This document shows positions 26,721 to 39,700 of a stretch of DNA of 64,000 bases, piece after piece (position 1 is the first letter of the stretch; the number at the start of each line of letters is the position of its first letter). This DNA is from Octopus vulgaris. Its lineage: Eukaryota. Position numbers and translations under genes: made by a program. The notes below the pieces were generated by a model. That model saw only the letters and a program-made list of their open reading frames with translations. It was not told the origin of the DNA and did not search any database. The DNA lies in NCBI GenBank assembly GCA_951406725.2, contig OX597821.1, positions 39,556,001-39,620,000 of the forward strand, given 5' to 3'.

Positions 26721-28104
26721 ATTACAAGAGTAGCTGTGTTCCTAACACTTTCTCTTCTCTTAATACATTAATTTTTTTATTGTGTTACTTTCCAAATATA
26801 AAAAAAGGAACAACCTCAGTCAGCACATCCAAAAACAAAACGTTACCACAAATATATCGTTAGTAAATGATACAAGAATCTAAGACCTTAAACAGTTGTA
26901 ATATTTGATCAATAAAATGGATAGAAATGGTGTAAGACAGATTAGCTCTAAAAGGGACCTTGCGAAAATCCAAAAGTTCAGTTAAAAACTATGCGGGTGT
27001 CTTTTTTGTGTAATGTCCAGGTGTCTTCTCTATGGTTAACCAATTTACTTCCACTCTCTCTCTCTCTCTCTCCAACATATGTACATTTTCTCTCTCTCTA
27101 ACACACACACTTTCTCTTTTTCCTTATCTTTCTCTCTAACATATACATATACACTCACACACACTTTCTCTCTCTCCCCCACTACTCCACCAACTGTCCA
27201 GGGTGGAAACTAAATTGTTTTCTGTGGTGTTTTTCATTTAGAATTATAGCCTAATCTTAACAGTCATCAATGAAAAGTGGAGTGATAGAGTTAGCTATTT
27301 AATATCACTATATCAATATAACACCTGCTGACACTCCATAAACAAACATTTATGTATATTCACGATTATAATATATTTTTCCATTACTTTTATGGGGTTT
27401 TATGAGATATTTCTTTGTTATTAACAATATGACTATATCTAATTTCACTCTATTTAAAACTCAGTGTCACATAATATCAGAAATTTTGTTGCTTTTCTAA
27501 CCCTAGGTCAACCCTAAATGAGCAGTCTTAGGATCAAGGCCACTCTTGCCTTGACCATCTTGCCTGTCATTATTTATTTAAAACAATGTTAAAATTGGGG
27601 TTCTTCCTTTTTTTTATATATAAAAGATAGAAGGGTTTTAAGTTGAAGAGATTTTGCCGTTCTTTTTTTCCCTGCAGCTTGAGTAATTATGTTGATGTTT
27701 CCTATTGGTTTTTAAAATAAAAAAAAAGGTGATCTGACAGGCTCTGCAATCGATTTAATGATCCTTTAGGGTTGAGGTGAGATGGGGCTATGGGTTGGAT
27801 GTTGCTTCATTAATCTCTCTTTGTTTAAACATATTGTAGAGAAGCAATCTAATTTAGCACTAATACAACAAATAACATTATCTAATTTATAGTTAATTTA
27901 CTAATTAATATATGATCACCTTTTACAGTTTGTCATTCTGTTAAAACTGTTGCCATATCTTCATAGGTTCAAATTCCATGCTCTTGGCTCTAATTCCACT
28001 CCCTCTGATACAGTTGTTGTAACCCTTCATCCTTTGATACATTTTCACATACAAGCTTTGTCACCTCCTAAACAACCAATGCTAGACATGACGTACTTTT
28101 ATAT

Positions 28105-28475
28105 AAACGTGCTGTTGCCAGCCCACCCTGGCACGTAAAAAGCACCATCCGTACGCAGCTGATGCCAGCTCCGCCTTGACTGGCTTCCATGTCGGTGGCA
28201 CGTAAAAACCACCAACCGATCGTGGCCATTGCCAGCCTCCCCTGGCACCTGTGCCAGTGGCACGTAAAAACCATCATCCGTATGTGGTCGATGCCAGCAC
28301 CACCTTGACTGGCTTCTGTGCCGGTAAAAAGCACCAACTGATCGTGGCCGTTGCCAGCCTCCCCTGGCACCTGTGCTGGTGGCACATAAAAAGCACCCAC
28401 TACACTCACGGACCCCAGTCGAACCATTCAACCCATGCTAGCATGGAAAACGGACGTTAAACGATGATGATGATG
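28105..28475 (+). mobile_element. Repeat family B with internal ~60-bp minisatellite
   Basis: Five ggcacgtaaaaagcacc-type units, then catgctagcatggaaaacggacgttaaacgatgatgatg. Similar copies at 45583-45925(-), 54250-54825 and 57885-58157. Confidence 0.8.
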
Positions 28476-29029
28476 TGCAGCTAATCTCACCTACATGTAT
28501 ATAATGCCATGTGTCTCCCCTATTACAAGACACCCCTTTATTCTACTGTAACATCTGGCATAGAATCACCTCACCACTTTCAAATATACCCTCTCTCACT
28601 TTGTAGAGGTGACTTCAACAATGCCAGTGGAATGAAAAAATGGACACAATATACAATGTAAAGTGATTGACATTATGAAGGGCATCTAGTTGTAGAAACC
28701 ATGCCAAAGCTGACAATTGGAGTTTATTGGATCCTGCCAAACGGTCCAACCCAAGCCAACACTGAAGACATACATAAACTGATGATGGGTACTACTTAAG
28801 AAGAGTGGTCCCGGTGCGCGCTAGCTAGTCGTGACGAAAGAGTACGACAGGGATCGCCACCAACCCCTGACCGAGCCTCGTGGAGCTTTAGGTGCTTTCG
28901 CTCAATAAACACTCACAACGCCCGGTCTGGAAATCGAGGGAGAATTCACAAAAAAACAAACAAAAGACGAAGACAGGTGGTGTAGACAACAAACAGTTGT
29001 ATTAGTATAACACTCGGGAAGTGAAGAAG

Positions 29030-29067
29030 TCTTTAACGTTTCGAGCCTACGCTCTTCTACAGAAAGA
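29030..29067 (-). ncRNA. Minimal hammerhead-ribozyme-like motif (variant core) in a short repeat at 28937-29118
   Basis: Minus strand tcttt-CTGTAGA-A-GAGCgtagGCTC-GAAA-CG-TT-aaaga: 5-bp stem I, 4-bp stem II, palindromic ACGT stem III. The core deviates from consensus (A6->U, one extra A). Confidence 0.45.
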
Positions 29068-30036
29068 AACAAGGAGAGAAAATAAAGAATGTGTAGTGGC
29101 TAGCGATATATCATGGCGAAAATATGAATTAGAGATAAAACCACTATTATGCAACTCAAGACATATACCAATACATAAATAACAAATAATATACATATAT
29201 ATATAAATTTTTTTTAACATACAACTTATAACTAGGTCTCAAAAAGTATAAAATGAATGATGAATATATAATATAATAAGTAAAAACCCTACGTACGTTT
29301 CATGGCTACAATCAAACTCGAAATACAATTAAGTTTAAATTCAATTTATATATATATGACAGCGTGTATGTATATGTGTGTAGACAGGTAAAAATTCAGA
29401 CAAGCTGCTACTTACCTCTTTGCTATCAAAAAAATGGATTAATTCTCAACAAAACACACTTTTATGTAAGACCAGTCGAGCTTTGTACCAGTGTTTTACG
29501 AAAAAAAATAAATACCTTTCCTCCCCAAACTAATTTTTGTTGTTTATAGAAGCGATTTAAAATGAACATATCATTGTGTTAGGGAGAGAGGAAGAGAGAA
29601 TAAAAGTTGAATTATTTATCGCTAAACTTTTACAAAATTACATCGTTTTTCAATGTACGTGGAAAAATATGGAGATTAAGAATATGGAATTTTTTTTTTA
29701 AACTTAAATTTTCTATGAAAAACTCCAAACTGACTGAAACTATAAATGTCGATATCCCAAAAGTAACAGCCAAATGCCTGGAGAATGTTTGTGCGCGCAC
29801 AATAATTTCAATGACTTATACGAATAAAGAGAAAGTAGAGAAACATGTTCTACTTACCTGTTGTTATATAAAGTCAGCTTTCGTTTTGGCATCCGTGAAG
29901 ATTTTGGTGCATGGCGGAGAAAGCTATTCGATGTACAGACGAAAGGATTTGGGGAATGACGCTTATGCAAATTCACACTTCCTCTTCAGAAATGAATTCT
30001 TCTGAAAAAGTTTATTCAGACATGTTAAACCTACGT

Positions 30037-30545
30037 CACAACTCTACCAGGTGAAATGTTTGAAGAAACCAATTCTTTTAATGAAGGGAATTAACAATTA
30101 TGTAACATGGCTCAAGAGATTTCTTTTTGGTGTTCCTTCTTTTAAATTACAAAATATTAAAAGGTTCCTTCCTTCTGATATTAATTCTTGGACTCCTGTA
30201 TTTGTACGTAATGATGCCAGTCATCATTCACTGAATTATAAATACACTGGACCTTTTAAAGTTCACTCGAAGAATAAACTATGACTTTGGGTATGCATGG
30301 TAGAAAGGAAATTGTCAGTTTAGACAGAGTTAAAAAAAGCTTATTTCGATCAGTCTTCATGTCATGAAAATAAAGATTTGAGCAACACATTTCAAAATAA
30401 CTTGAAACAGAACAATTCACAAGACAGCGAACCTAAGGTTGAGGAAAAGATCCACAAATCAATTTTAAAATCACCAAGCAGCGAAAAGAAAATTAGAAGT
30501 GGTAGAATTGTACATTTTCCCAAAAGACTTTCTCAGTTTGTTTGA
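30037..30545 (+). pseudogene. Gypsy integrase C-terminal (GPY/F) fragment
   Basis: LPGEMF...VFVRNDA...YTGPFKV...VSLDRVKK...RSGRIVHFPKRL. Confidence 0.8.
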
Positions 30546-31508
30546 ATATATTCTTCATGAACTTTTATATTCCTGGAATTTTGTGTTAAAAAAAAGATTT
30601 GTAATTTATTTTTCTATAGAAATTAGATTGAACAATTTGATAAACTTTACAAGAACGTTGTTGTTATTGTAAAACCGTCATGAGCGGTTATTTTCATTTC
30701 TTTAACATTATAAATTTGTGGATACATTGTAAATTTGTATATTTGACTTGCTAAAAATATTAATTCAAACATTGTATTGAAATATATATGTATTATGATT
30801 ATTCTTTTCCGCAAAATTGACGATTTGTTTGGTGAAGAGTTTATTGCAGCAATTCAGAAGAGGCAGCAATATGACGTAATGGTCGTCTGCTCGACGTAAT
30901 GGTCGTCTGCCCGAACAAGCATAATTGTTGGTAATCCATTCGGTTAAAATTACTGCCCAAATACGAATTCTGAACTTACGTCAAAGAAATCTTTCACGAA
31001 ATACGGTTCTTAGAATTCGGATATGAGCAGTTATAAAATCCATGATTTTTGAGAAATTACTCAGTGATCGTTGGATGTTACAAAACTCCACAACACTCAT
31101 TGAGATATTGACTATTCTTTATGCCATGTCTATGACTTAAATCAAACAGGACATATTTGAATTGTTGTGAACTCTTGTAGTTAGTATGAAGGATTAGCTT
31201 GTGTGAATTTTAAGTCGTAATTCTATACGACAAAATGACTTTACTTTCTAATTGTACTGTAAATGCTAAATGTACATAAATAAACTAATGTGGGAGTTAT
31301 TTCCTCTTTCTTCGCGTTCTTCAACTTATTGAAATTTATTTCTGCAATTATGAAACTGTATTTTTTTTATAGGGGTTAAAAGAATACGAATTTATTTATC
31401 TTCAACATACATGCACGCATAAAATGTCCGTTAGCATGGTGTTTATGTTGGTGGAGTCAGGACTTATGTATAATGATAACACTTGTAAGTAAGTTATAAG
31501 AGACGTGT

Positions 31509-31942
31509 GATCTTTTCGGTTTGAACGGCAGTTTTTCACATAATTTCTATGCAACTAAAACATTTTAAACTTCGTATACTGGTAGAATGAGTTTATAAAA
31601 CATCTTTTTCCCTTGACTTTATTGAGAAAATTCTATACTTTGTAAAATATTTGTTGTTTTTTTTCTTCAATTTCTGCAATTCCAACCAATCAGTGACGTC
31701 TATTGAGGTAAAAAAAACATTCTGTGCCGTATGAATATGTCTCTCGTTTAAGAAACAGATTGGGTTTATTTACATTTGTGAAGAAAAAATGATACACTTC
31801 TCCCCACCCCTAATCTTAACCCTAACTAACCTTAACCCTAAAACAGATTGAAATGCAGTAGATCGATACTAGGGTCATAATTATGGGTGACAATTTCATA
31901 TGACACCGCTAGAAAAAACTGCCGTTCAAGCTGAAAAGATCC
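31509..31942. mobile_element. MULE-like MITE with 8-9 bp TSD and internal telomere-like (TAACCC) repeats
   Basis: TIRs gatcttttcggtttgaacggcagttttt / aaaaactgccgttcaagctgaaaagatc. agacgtgt is duplicated at 31501-31508 and 31944-31951. Confidence 0.85.
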
Positions 31943-32244
31943 AAGACGTGTTTATCAATATACATTCCTTCTCCAAAGGTAAAATATATTTATTATCGAT
32001 TTCCAAATAGGAAACAGAAGTAAGATTTTTAAAAAACCATTACAAAAGTAGTGGTACACAAACAGTAACCAAACCAGCCATAAAAAGTGTAAATAAGAAT
32101 GCAGAGATTGCCAAACTGGTGAAAGAGCTGCCCAGACTTCACAGTACCATCAAACTTGGTGTGTGTCCAGGCCATAAAACCTAATTCTAGATATTTGCCT
32201 TGCAACATGGTTTCTAACATAACATGATGGTATGTTAAGGTTAC

Positions 32245-32652
32245 AAGCTGGCAGAAACGTTAGCATGCCGGGCAAAATGCGTAGCTGTATTTCGTCTGCC
32301 GTTACGTTCTGAGTTCAAATTCCGCCAAGGTCGACTTTGCCTTTCATCCTTTCGGGGTCGATTAAATAAGTACCAGTTATGCACTGGGGTCGATATAATC
32401 GACTTAATCCATTTGTCTGTCCTTGTTTGTTCTCTCTGTGTTTAGCCCCTTGTGAGTAGTAAAGAAATAGGTATTTCGTCTGTCATTACGTTCCGAGTTC
32501 AAATTCCACCAAGGTCGACTTTGACTTTCATCCTTTCAGGGTCTATAAATTAAGTACCAGTTATGCACTGGATCGATGTAATCGAATTAATCCATTTGTC
32601 TGTCCTTGTTTGTCCCCTCTGTGTTTAACCCCTTGAGGGTGGTAAAGAAATA
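32245..32652 (+). mobile_element. SINE family D with tandem duplication of its body
   Basis: gtatttcgtctg...aaagaaata occurs twice (about 32287-32470 and 32472-32652). Confidence 0.85.
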
Positions 32653-33574
32653 TATACACACACGTATACATAATGTATTTGTGTGTGTGTATGTATGTAT
32701 TTACGTATATCATAGGCATGGCTATGTGGTAACAAGTTTGCAAAGTTTGCTTCTGAACCATATGGTTCCAGGCTCAGTTCCACTACATGGTACTTTGGGC
32801 AAGTATCTTTTACTGTAGCCTCAAACTGACTAAAACCTTGCGAGTGGATATGATAGGCAGAAACTGAATGAAGGCCATTATATGCATGTGTGTGTGCGTG
32901 CGTGAGTTTGTATTTGTTTCTGTCCCCTACCACCAATTTACAATGGGTGTTGGTTTATTTCTGTCCCTGTAACTTGGCATATCAATAAAAGAGACCAATA
33001 AAATAAGTACCAGGCTCAAAAAATAATAATACTGGAGTGAATTTCTTCAAAGGGCAGTGCCATAGCATGGCTGCCTTTAAAATACGAAAGGGAACAGATG
33101 AAAGGAAACCCAGATATGTGCATCCATATAAGTTTAATGCTTCCTGATTTTGCAATAATGTAAATAAATTTTGTGTTGCTACTGAAGAGAACAACTCCAT
33201 AACCTCCACAGCAGCTCTTTCCTTCACATATTCCTCAGATCTTTCCACCCTCTTGAGGTCATGATACCCACTTTGGGAATGATTGCTCTAAATTTTTAGT
33301 GAACAGCCATCACCAAACCCGGGGAATCCATCATTCTCATCACCTTCAGAATTGGTTTGGAATTCTATTTTTTTTTTTTCTGTAAGTTTGTTTCTGACAT
33401 ACCATGACAAATGCAGGGAAACACACACAAAATTCCACGAATCAATTGAAACATATTCATACTTTCCATTGACAAGAGAACATAAATTGATCTCACTGAC
33501 AATGTGCTTAAAACATATGTATATGCGTGTATACACACATGCAGTGTGTCTTTTCTCTCTCACTCTCTCTATGT

Positions 33575-33576
33575 AC

Positions 33577-33614
<38 letters not shown>

Positions 33615-33741
33615 CATGTATGTATATATACACCCCACCATATATATACGAATGCATGTATATAGATTATGTATACAAAATATATGCATATATATATATA
33701 TATATATATATTACATATATGTATGTATATATACACCCCAC

Positions 33742-33778
<37 letters not shown>

Positions 33779-33817
33779 GAATGCATGTATATAGATTATG
33801 TATACGAAATATATGGC

Positions 33818-33850
<33 letters not shown>
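33575..33850. repeat. Microsatellite-rich two-unit tandem duplication
   Basis: tattacat.tatgtatatatacaccccacca...cgaatgcatgtatatagattatgtatac repeated twice. Confidence 0.85.
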
Positions 33851-33853
<3 letters not shown>

Positions 33854-35479
33854 GTATGCATACAAGTACATAGGCAGACTTGCATCTTAATATTATTGTC
33901 CATCCAAACACTCTGCCTGCAGATGCGAGGTTTTTGTTTGTATGGGTTTGTCTATATTATCCAAGAACTTTGTAAAATTCCTGTTATGTAAAACACACCA
34001 TTAGAAGTGTCGTAACAGTTTAGAGAGACAACCTTGTTCTTCGTCTCTGTTGCTCTTTTTACTTTATTGATCTGACTTTGGAAATGTTTTTAGTTGCATA
34101 CAAGAACCTTGGTTCTTCATTTTCAGGAAGCTAACACATTGCTGAGGATGTTGTGGCAAGCTTAACAAAACACACATTTACCACAAGGATTTTTTTCATG
34201 TTTTAAAGGTCAAACAGCCATTGCACCAACATCTTTTATGCTGAAAAAAAAAACTATGGCGACAAATACTATATTTGAAAAATATAAAATAATAAAATAT
34301 TATCTGCAACAAATATACAAAGCTTTTTTTTGAAGCATTAATTAATGTGTTTGTCTTTTATTTTTTCAATTACTTTTTTATTATTATGATAATCATTATT
34401 ATTATCAAGATCGTTTTGATTAATCACTGCAAAACAAAAAACCATTTTTAACTTGAGAATTTAGTTTTGATTTCGATTTTTTTTTTTTTTGGTTTTATGT
34501 TAAATAAAAATTATTAACTTATGAAAATAAAGATTAACATGTAAAGGTCACAAGGAAATATTGTGTTCGACATCGGCAGGGTGATATTTTCAAAATTAAC
34601 AATCCATTATTAGAGTTTGGTTAGTAACCACCATCATGTTAGTATAAACACAAATAGATATTTTTTTTAAGATCTCTTTCATCTTGCAATCAATAATATA
34701 TGTCAATGGTTCTTTACCATTCTCATTGTTGCTGCCACAATTAGATTCTTCTATTTTGGTGCATAGAACTTACCTTTGGAAGGATTTCAGCTTGGCACTG
34801 TCATTCAATAGAAGACTCATTAAATACATCAACCAAATAATTTTTCTAGAACAATCAGGTGTATAAGTCTATGAGGGAGTTTCTATAGGGGGGAGGGTCA
34901 CTCAACATGCTAGAAATGGCAACCAAACCTCCTACCCATCATGGTAATTTTCCAGAGTAACACTCGCACGCACTAACAAAATAATAATAAAAAAAAAAGA
35001 ATACTCAGATTTTTTGCATGGAATCAAGTACCCTAACCTCCTAATATGCTGCAAATCCATTATTTTGGTTCGGATATAAGGGTGGGCAAAGGGGGAGACC
35101 CCCACCCCTCGTCCTTGAATCATTGGATTTTTTTTTTTTTGGTTGAATGAATTCCTGTGTACATCCTAATATGCTACAAAACCCTTTTTGGTGTCCAAAA
35201 AAATGGGGTTGGGTAATTTTACCCACTTCCAAAATTTTACAGAAATAAAATTTCCAGAGTGTGAATTACATGGTCCATTATTAAATACATATATACTGTA
35301 TATATATATATATATATATAATACTGTGTATGTATGTACCTCTTTACTGTCAAAGCACTTTCATGCAAGACTAGTCGAGCTTTGTACCATTGTTTTACGA
35401 AAAACAAAAACAAAACTCTTTCCCACCAAAACTAATTTTTGTGGGGGAAGACAGATGAACGACGTCTCATTCTATGCTC

Positions 35480-35493
35480 TTTCTCTCTATCTG

Positions 35494-35526
<33 letters not shown>

Positions 35527-35542
35527 ATATATATATATACAC

Positions 35543-35585
<43 letters not shown>

Positions 35586-35680
35586 TATATACATATATAT
35601 ATATACATATATATATATACACATATACATATATATATATACACACATACATACATACATATATATATATACACACACAC

Positions 35681-35711
<31 letters not shown>

Positions 35712-35770
35712 TATATATATACACACACATATACATATATATATATATGTATGTGTGTATATATATATAT
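35480..35770. repeat. (TCTA)n/(TA)n/(CA)n microsatellite
   Basis: Directly visible. Confidence 0.95.
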
Positions 35771-35887
35771 AGAAAGCTAAAAGAAAAAGATGTTTTATTT
35801 GACACATTCTACCAGTATACAAAGTTTAAAAGTGTTTAGTTACAAAGAAATTATTTAAAAAATCTGCCATTCAAAGCGAAAAGATCC

Positions 35888-36128
35888 CATAGTTTTATCT
35901 TTGAGTGAACTTTAAGAGGTCCAGTGTATTTATAATTCAGTGAATGATGACTGGCATCATTACGTACAAATACAGGAGTCCAAGAATTAATATCAGAAGG
36001 AAGGAAACTTTTGTAATTTAAAAGAAGGAACATCAGAAAGAAATCTCTTGAGCCATGTTACATAATTGTTAATTTTCCCTTCATTAAAAGAATTGGTTTC
36101 TTCAAACATTTCACCTGGTAGAGTTGTG
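35888..36128 (-). repeat. Inverted copy of the Gypsy integrase fragment at 30037-30283
   Basis: ORF 35851-36033 shares FLPSDINSWTPVFVRNDASHHSLNYKYTGP with ORF 30051-30284. Confidence 0.9.
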
Positions 36129-36787
36129 CCTTACAAAAGTTCAGCAGGAAAATATTGTAAACTTTAACAGCACTCCAATTATTTACTTTGCTAAGTAGTC
36201 GTTGTAGGATCAACTAGTCACAACTAGCTAACGCGGATGCACGACTACACGAGTGAGCGCACCAGGACCACTCTTCTTATGTAGTACCTATATATTGTAT
36301 GAGAAACAGAGAATGAATCTAGTGTGCAGACAACACTTTCCCTATTTAGAAGTCCTTTCATCTGCATCTTATTGGTAAAAAAAAGTGTGGTACCTAATTG
36401 ATAGACTCCCTAAATAAGGGTCAAATACTCTTTCTGTGGTGGTTAGGTTATTCTACATGTCTGCAACTCTGAAATACTACTATTGTCATTGTTTCAAGGA
36501 ATATGTGGCACAAAGGGGAGCAGTTTCAGTTTTCTGTGCCCCACTCTGTGTATCTTTGTACTTAGTTTCACAGATGAGGTTCCAATCATGATTAGCATTC
36601 GATCCTCAGCGGAAGAAAATGTTCACATTGGAGTTCTTCTGATTTCTTATTTCTTCATCTCTCTCCCTTAACTTTTTTTTTTGGCAATCGCTGGTTGTTT
36701 GTCAAATTTCACAAACAGACTTTCATCTATGTGTGTGTGTGTGTGTGTATCCATCTATACATACATACATACATATATATATATACA

Positions 36788-39700
36788 TTGGGTTGGCAAC
36801 TAAGTTCCTGCCTTTTATATAAATTTTGGAATCTATTTTTTTTCTAGTTAATTTTAGTTAATTTCTGTTTATTTTCAGATCATTAATATGGAATGTCAGG
36901 TTAAGAAAAACAAACATTTTTGACACTGCCTTCTTTTTGCTTTTAATCAAGGTTCTAAGGTCCCGAAAGCTGCTCGTGACACATGTGCTGTGTATGGAGA
37001 GGGTGCCATAACTGAAAGAACTGCTCGTGATTGGTATGCCAAGTTCAAAAATGGAAATTTTGACCTCAAAGATGCACCTCATTCTGGTCATCCAGTTGAG
37101 TTCGATGAAGAGCGATTAAACCAACTTTTGCATGAAATTCTAGTCAAACGACAAGGGAACTGGCAGAGAAAATGGAATGCTCCCACACTTCTATAGAGAA
37201 GCATCTTCACTCAATGGCAAAATTTCAGAAGTATGGAGTATGGGTCCCGCAAGCTTTAAGTGACAAGAACAAAAATCAATGAGTCACAATCTCTGCTGGT
37301 TTTCTTGCTCATCACCACTCAACTCATGGACACAAGCAATGATTTCTTTACCAAATCGTTACTGGCATCAAAAAATGGTGCTTGTACATCAATATGAAGC
37401 AGCGTAAAGAATCACTTAGCCCTGGTAAAGAAGCGACACCGTGCATGAAACAAGATCTTTATCTGCGTAAAACAATGTTGTACGTTTGGTGGAACTGGGA
37501 AGGGATTATCCATTACGAATTGCTTGAATGAAACCAAAGGGTCAATGCAGAACACTATGTTCGACAGATGGAACTACTCAGCACAGCTATTCAAGAGAAA
37601 AGACCTAATTGGCAGCATGGAGTTCTTCTGCTGCACGACAACGCCTGCCCTCATATCACCAATATGACCAAGGAAACCATTCAAAACATGACTGGAAAGT
37701 GCTGCCACACCTGCCATGCTCTCCTGATTTGGTACCAATGGATTTCTGTGGTGTATGCGGGAGATTTGAAATAAAGACACCTACCTTCTCTTCATCGACA
37801 AAGACCTCTTCAGTGGTAATGCATTCTTCCACATGGCTAAAAATAGCAGCTGCTTTACCCTTACCTTGACAAAGCATTCACACGTCCTGCTCTGTCAGCT
37901 ACCCTGATCGAAAAGACTCAGTACTCCCCTGCCTGCACGCGCGTCACTCCTGCCCCTTCCTCTCCCAGTCAGCCCCAAGTTCCGGTTAGCTCCCCAGCTG
38001 TTGACGTCATCCCATATGCCACCCTGATCTTAAAGATCACATTCTCTCTACTCCACATCAAAGTCCACCATCCAACCGGGAGGGCACCTTGAGCATCGAG
38101 ATCTTCTCAGGCTAGGCACCTCATTCTCCTCTTCTCCACAATCGTCATCCGACGAAACGACAATCCTGCAAAGGTCCAAGACATGTCGTGACATTCTATC
38201 CACGGAGACGTTGTTTCTGGAATTGACCGCTGTCACCGTTCCTCTGCTCCATTGAGACGTACAGTACGCCTTCGCTGGCTTAACCCAGACTTCCTCCCCT
38301 ATTTTCACACAAGCGGGTCCCTTCTCTTCCTCGTGGCACTCTGGCGCTTTACTCAGATGCCTCCATTCATATTTAATTACCGCTCTGTGCGGCACAGAAT
38401 CTTCAGCTTGTCTGGATCAGGGAGATATGTTGTACCAGAAAACTGCTTCCAGCAGCGAAATATGTCCTCTTTCCACTATGGCCTTGACTGTCTGATGGTA
38501 CCTCTCCAAGATTCCATTACAGCTCGGCCTATATACTGCTCTGAACAAGCAACGCACTTTCCACCGGTCAAGCATATCCCTCAATGCTTCCAAATGAAAT
38601 GCCACCCCATTGTCCATTAGCAGTTCTTCCATGGGACCCCTCTCTAAAAGTATCCCGTTCAAAATCTGTGCAATCTCGTCAGCAATGCCCGTCCTCAACT
38701 CCCTCCAAATGGCCAACTGGCCCGGCCCACAGTCGACCATAGAAAGATACATGCCCTGACAGTAGTGTGTCACATCCACAGCGAGCCTTTTCCAGTTGTG
38801 CTCCACCGAAAGATTTCCTTGCTCATGCCCACATGGAGAAGGGTCAATGGACTAACACCTGTCACAGCTCCCAACAACTTTTCGGATGCTTCTCCTAGTA
38901 ACGTCAGCATCAATCTTCTTTGCAAGATACAGGGTCCTGTCCACACCCAAATGATGCATAGCATGCAGTCTCTTCAGTTCGGAGTCATCCATCCAACACT
39001 CTGCAGCTATCCCTTTCTGTGCCTCCTCCAGCTCCTCCAACCATGCCCTTTTCACCCTGGTCAGTACTTCTGCCCTGTTTCTCTCCGAAGGCACGAAAAC
39101 CACATTCAGCTTCAGTCTGAACTTGGCAATCAATTCTCCTAGAACTCCTAGATGGCGCTTCACCCACATCTCCGTGGCACCTTTCGTCCAAAGTCTCCTT
39201 TCACTGGTGATCACCGATCCTACCCAACCAAGCACAGTGGATGAATCCATCAAAATTTCAGCGCAGCCCCCATTTCAGGGCCAAGTTCACCCCCTTCAGC
39301 ACCGCGTCTAATTCAGCAACATTGATGTGGTTAAAGTCATCTGCTTTCCGAAGCCAGGCCGCATCCTCCACCTTAGCACCTTCCATCCCTTCTCCCACCT
39401 TGTCACCTCAACTCTCCCCCTCCGCTTGTCTCTTGGTGTAACTGCACGCAGTGTGTAGCCATCCAGTGATCAGGTAGGGACCAACCAACTTCCCACACAC
39501 CGAGAACAGCTCTCTCCTGCTGACACTGGAACTCAGCTCTGGGATTTCATTTTCTCTCCGGAACACCAACTCACCCAATCTATCTCTTCGCAGCTTCAGC
39601 CCCAGTGCAGCTCCCCTATCCATCGACTCCGGTGGCTTCGCAATCAGCCCGAACTTCTTCAGATGTCTCACTACCACATTGGCTGGCACTACAGTTTCGT

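Larger units (their letters stand above)
28788..36288 (-). mobile_element. Probable decayed Merlin (IS1016-like) DNA transposon with nested insertions
   Basis: ~32-bp TIRs starting GG: ggtactacttaagaagagtggtcccggtgcgc (28788) and gcgcaccaggaccactcttcttatgtagtacc (ending 36288). Degenerate minus-strand peptides TYLQVLSLYISPDST (~31500-31450), HTS*SFILTTRVHNNS (~31205-31160) and HGIKNSQYLNE (~31128-31096) fall in Merlin motif order. No matching TSD. Confidence 0.55.

Noticed and set aside
28105-28400. CRISPR-like repeat/spacer appearance
   Set aside because: The 'spacers' are homologous to each other, it lies inside a eukaryotic retroposon, and there are no cas genes.
30873-30912. 20-bp tandem duplication gacgtaatggtcgtctgc.c
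   Set aside because: Simple two-unit slippage duplication with no further structure.
31805-31842. Interstitial telomere
   Set aside because: Short degenerate TAACCC run internal to a MITE with TIRs and a TSD.
5440-35839. Numerous YI/HT/CV-rich ORFs
   Set aside because: Translations of (TA)n, (CA)n and (GATA)n microsatellites.
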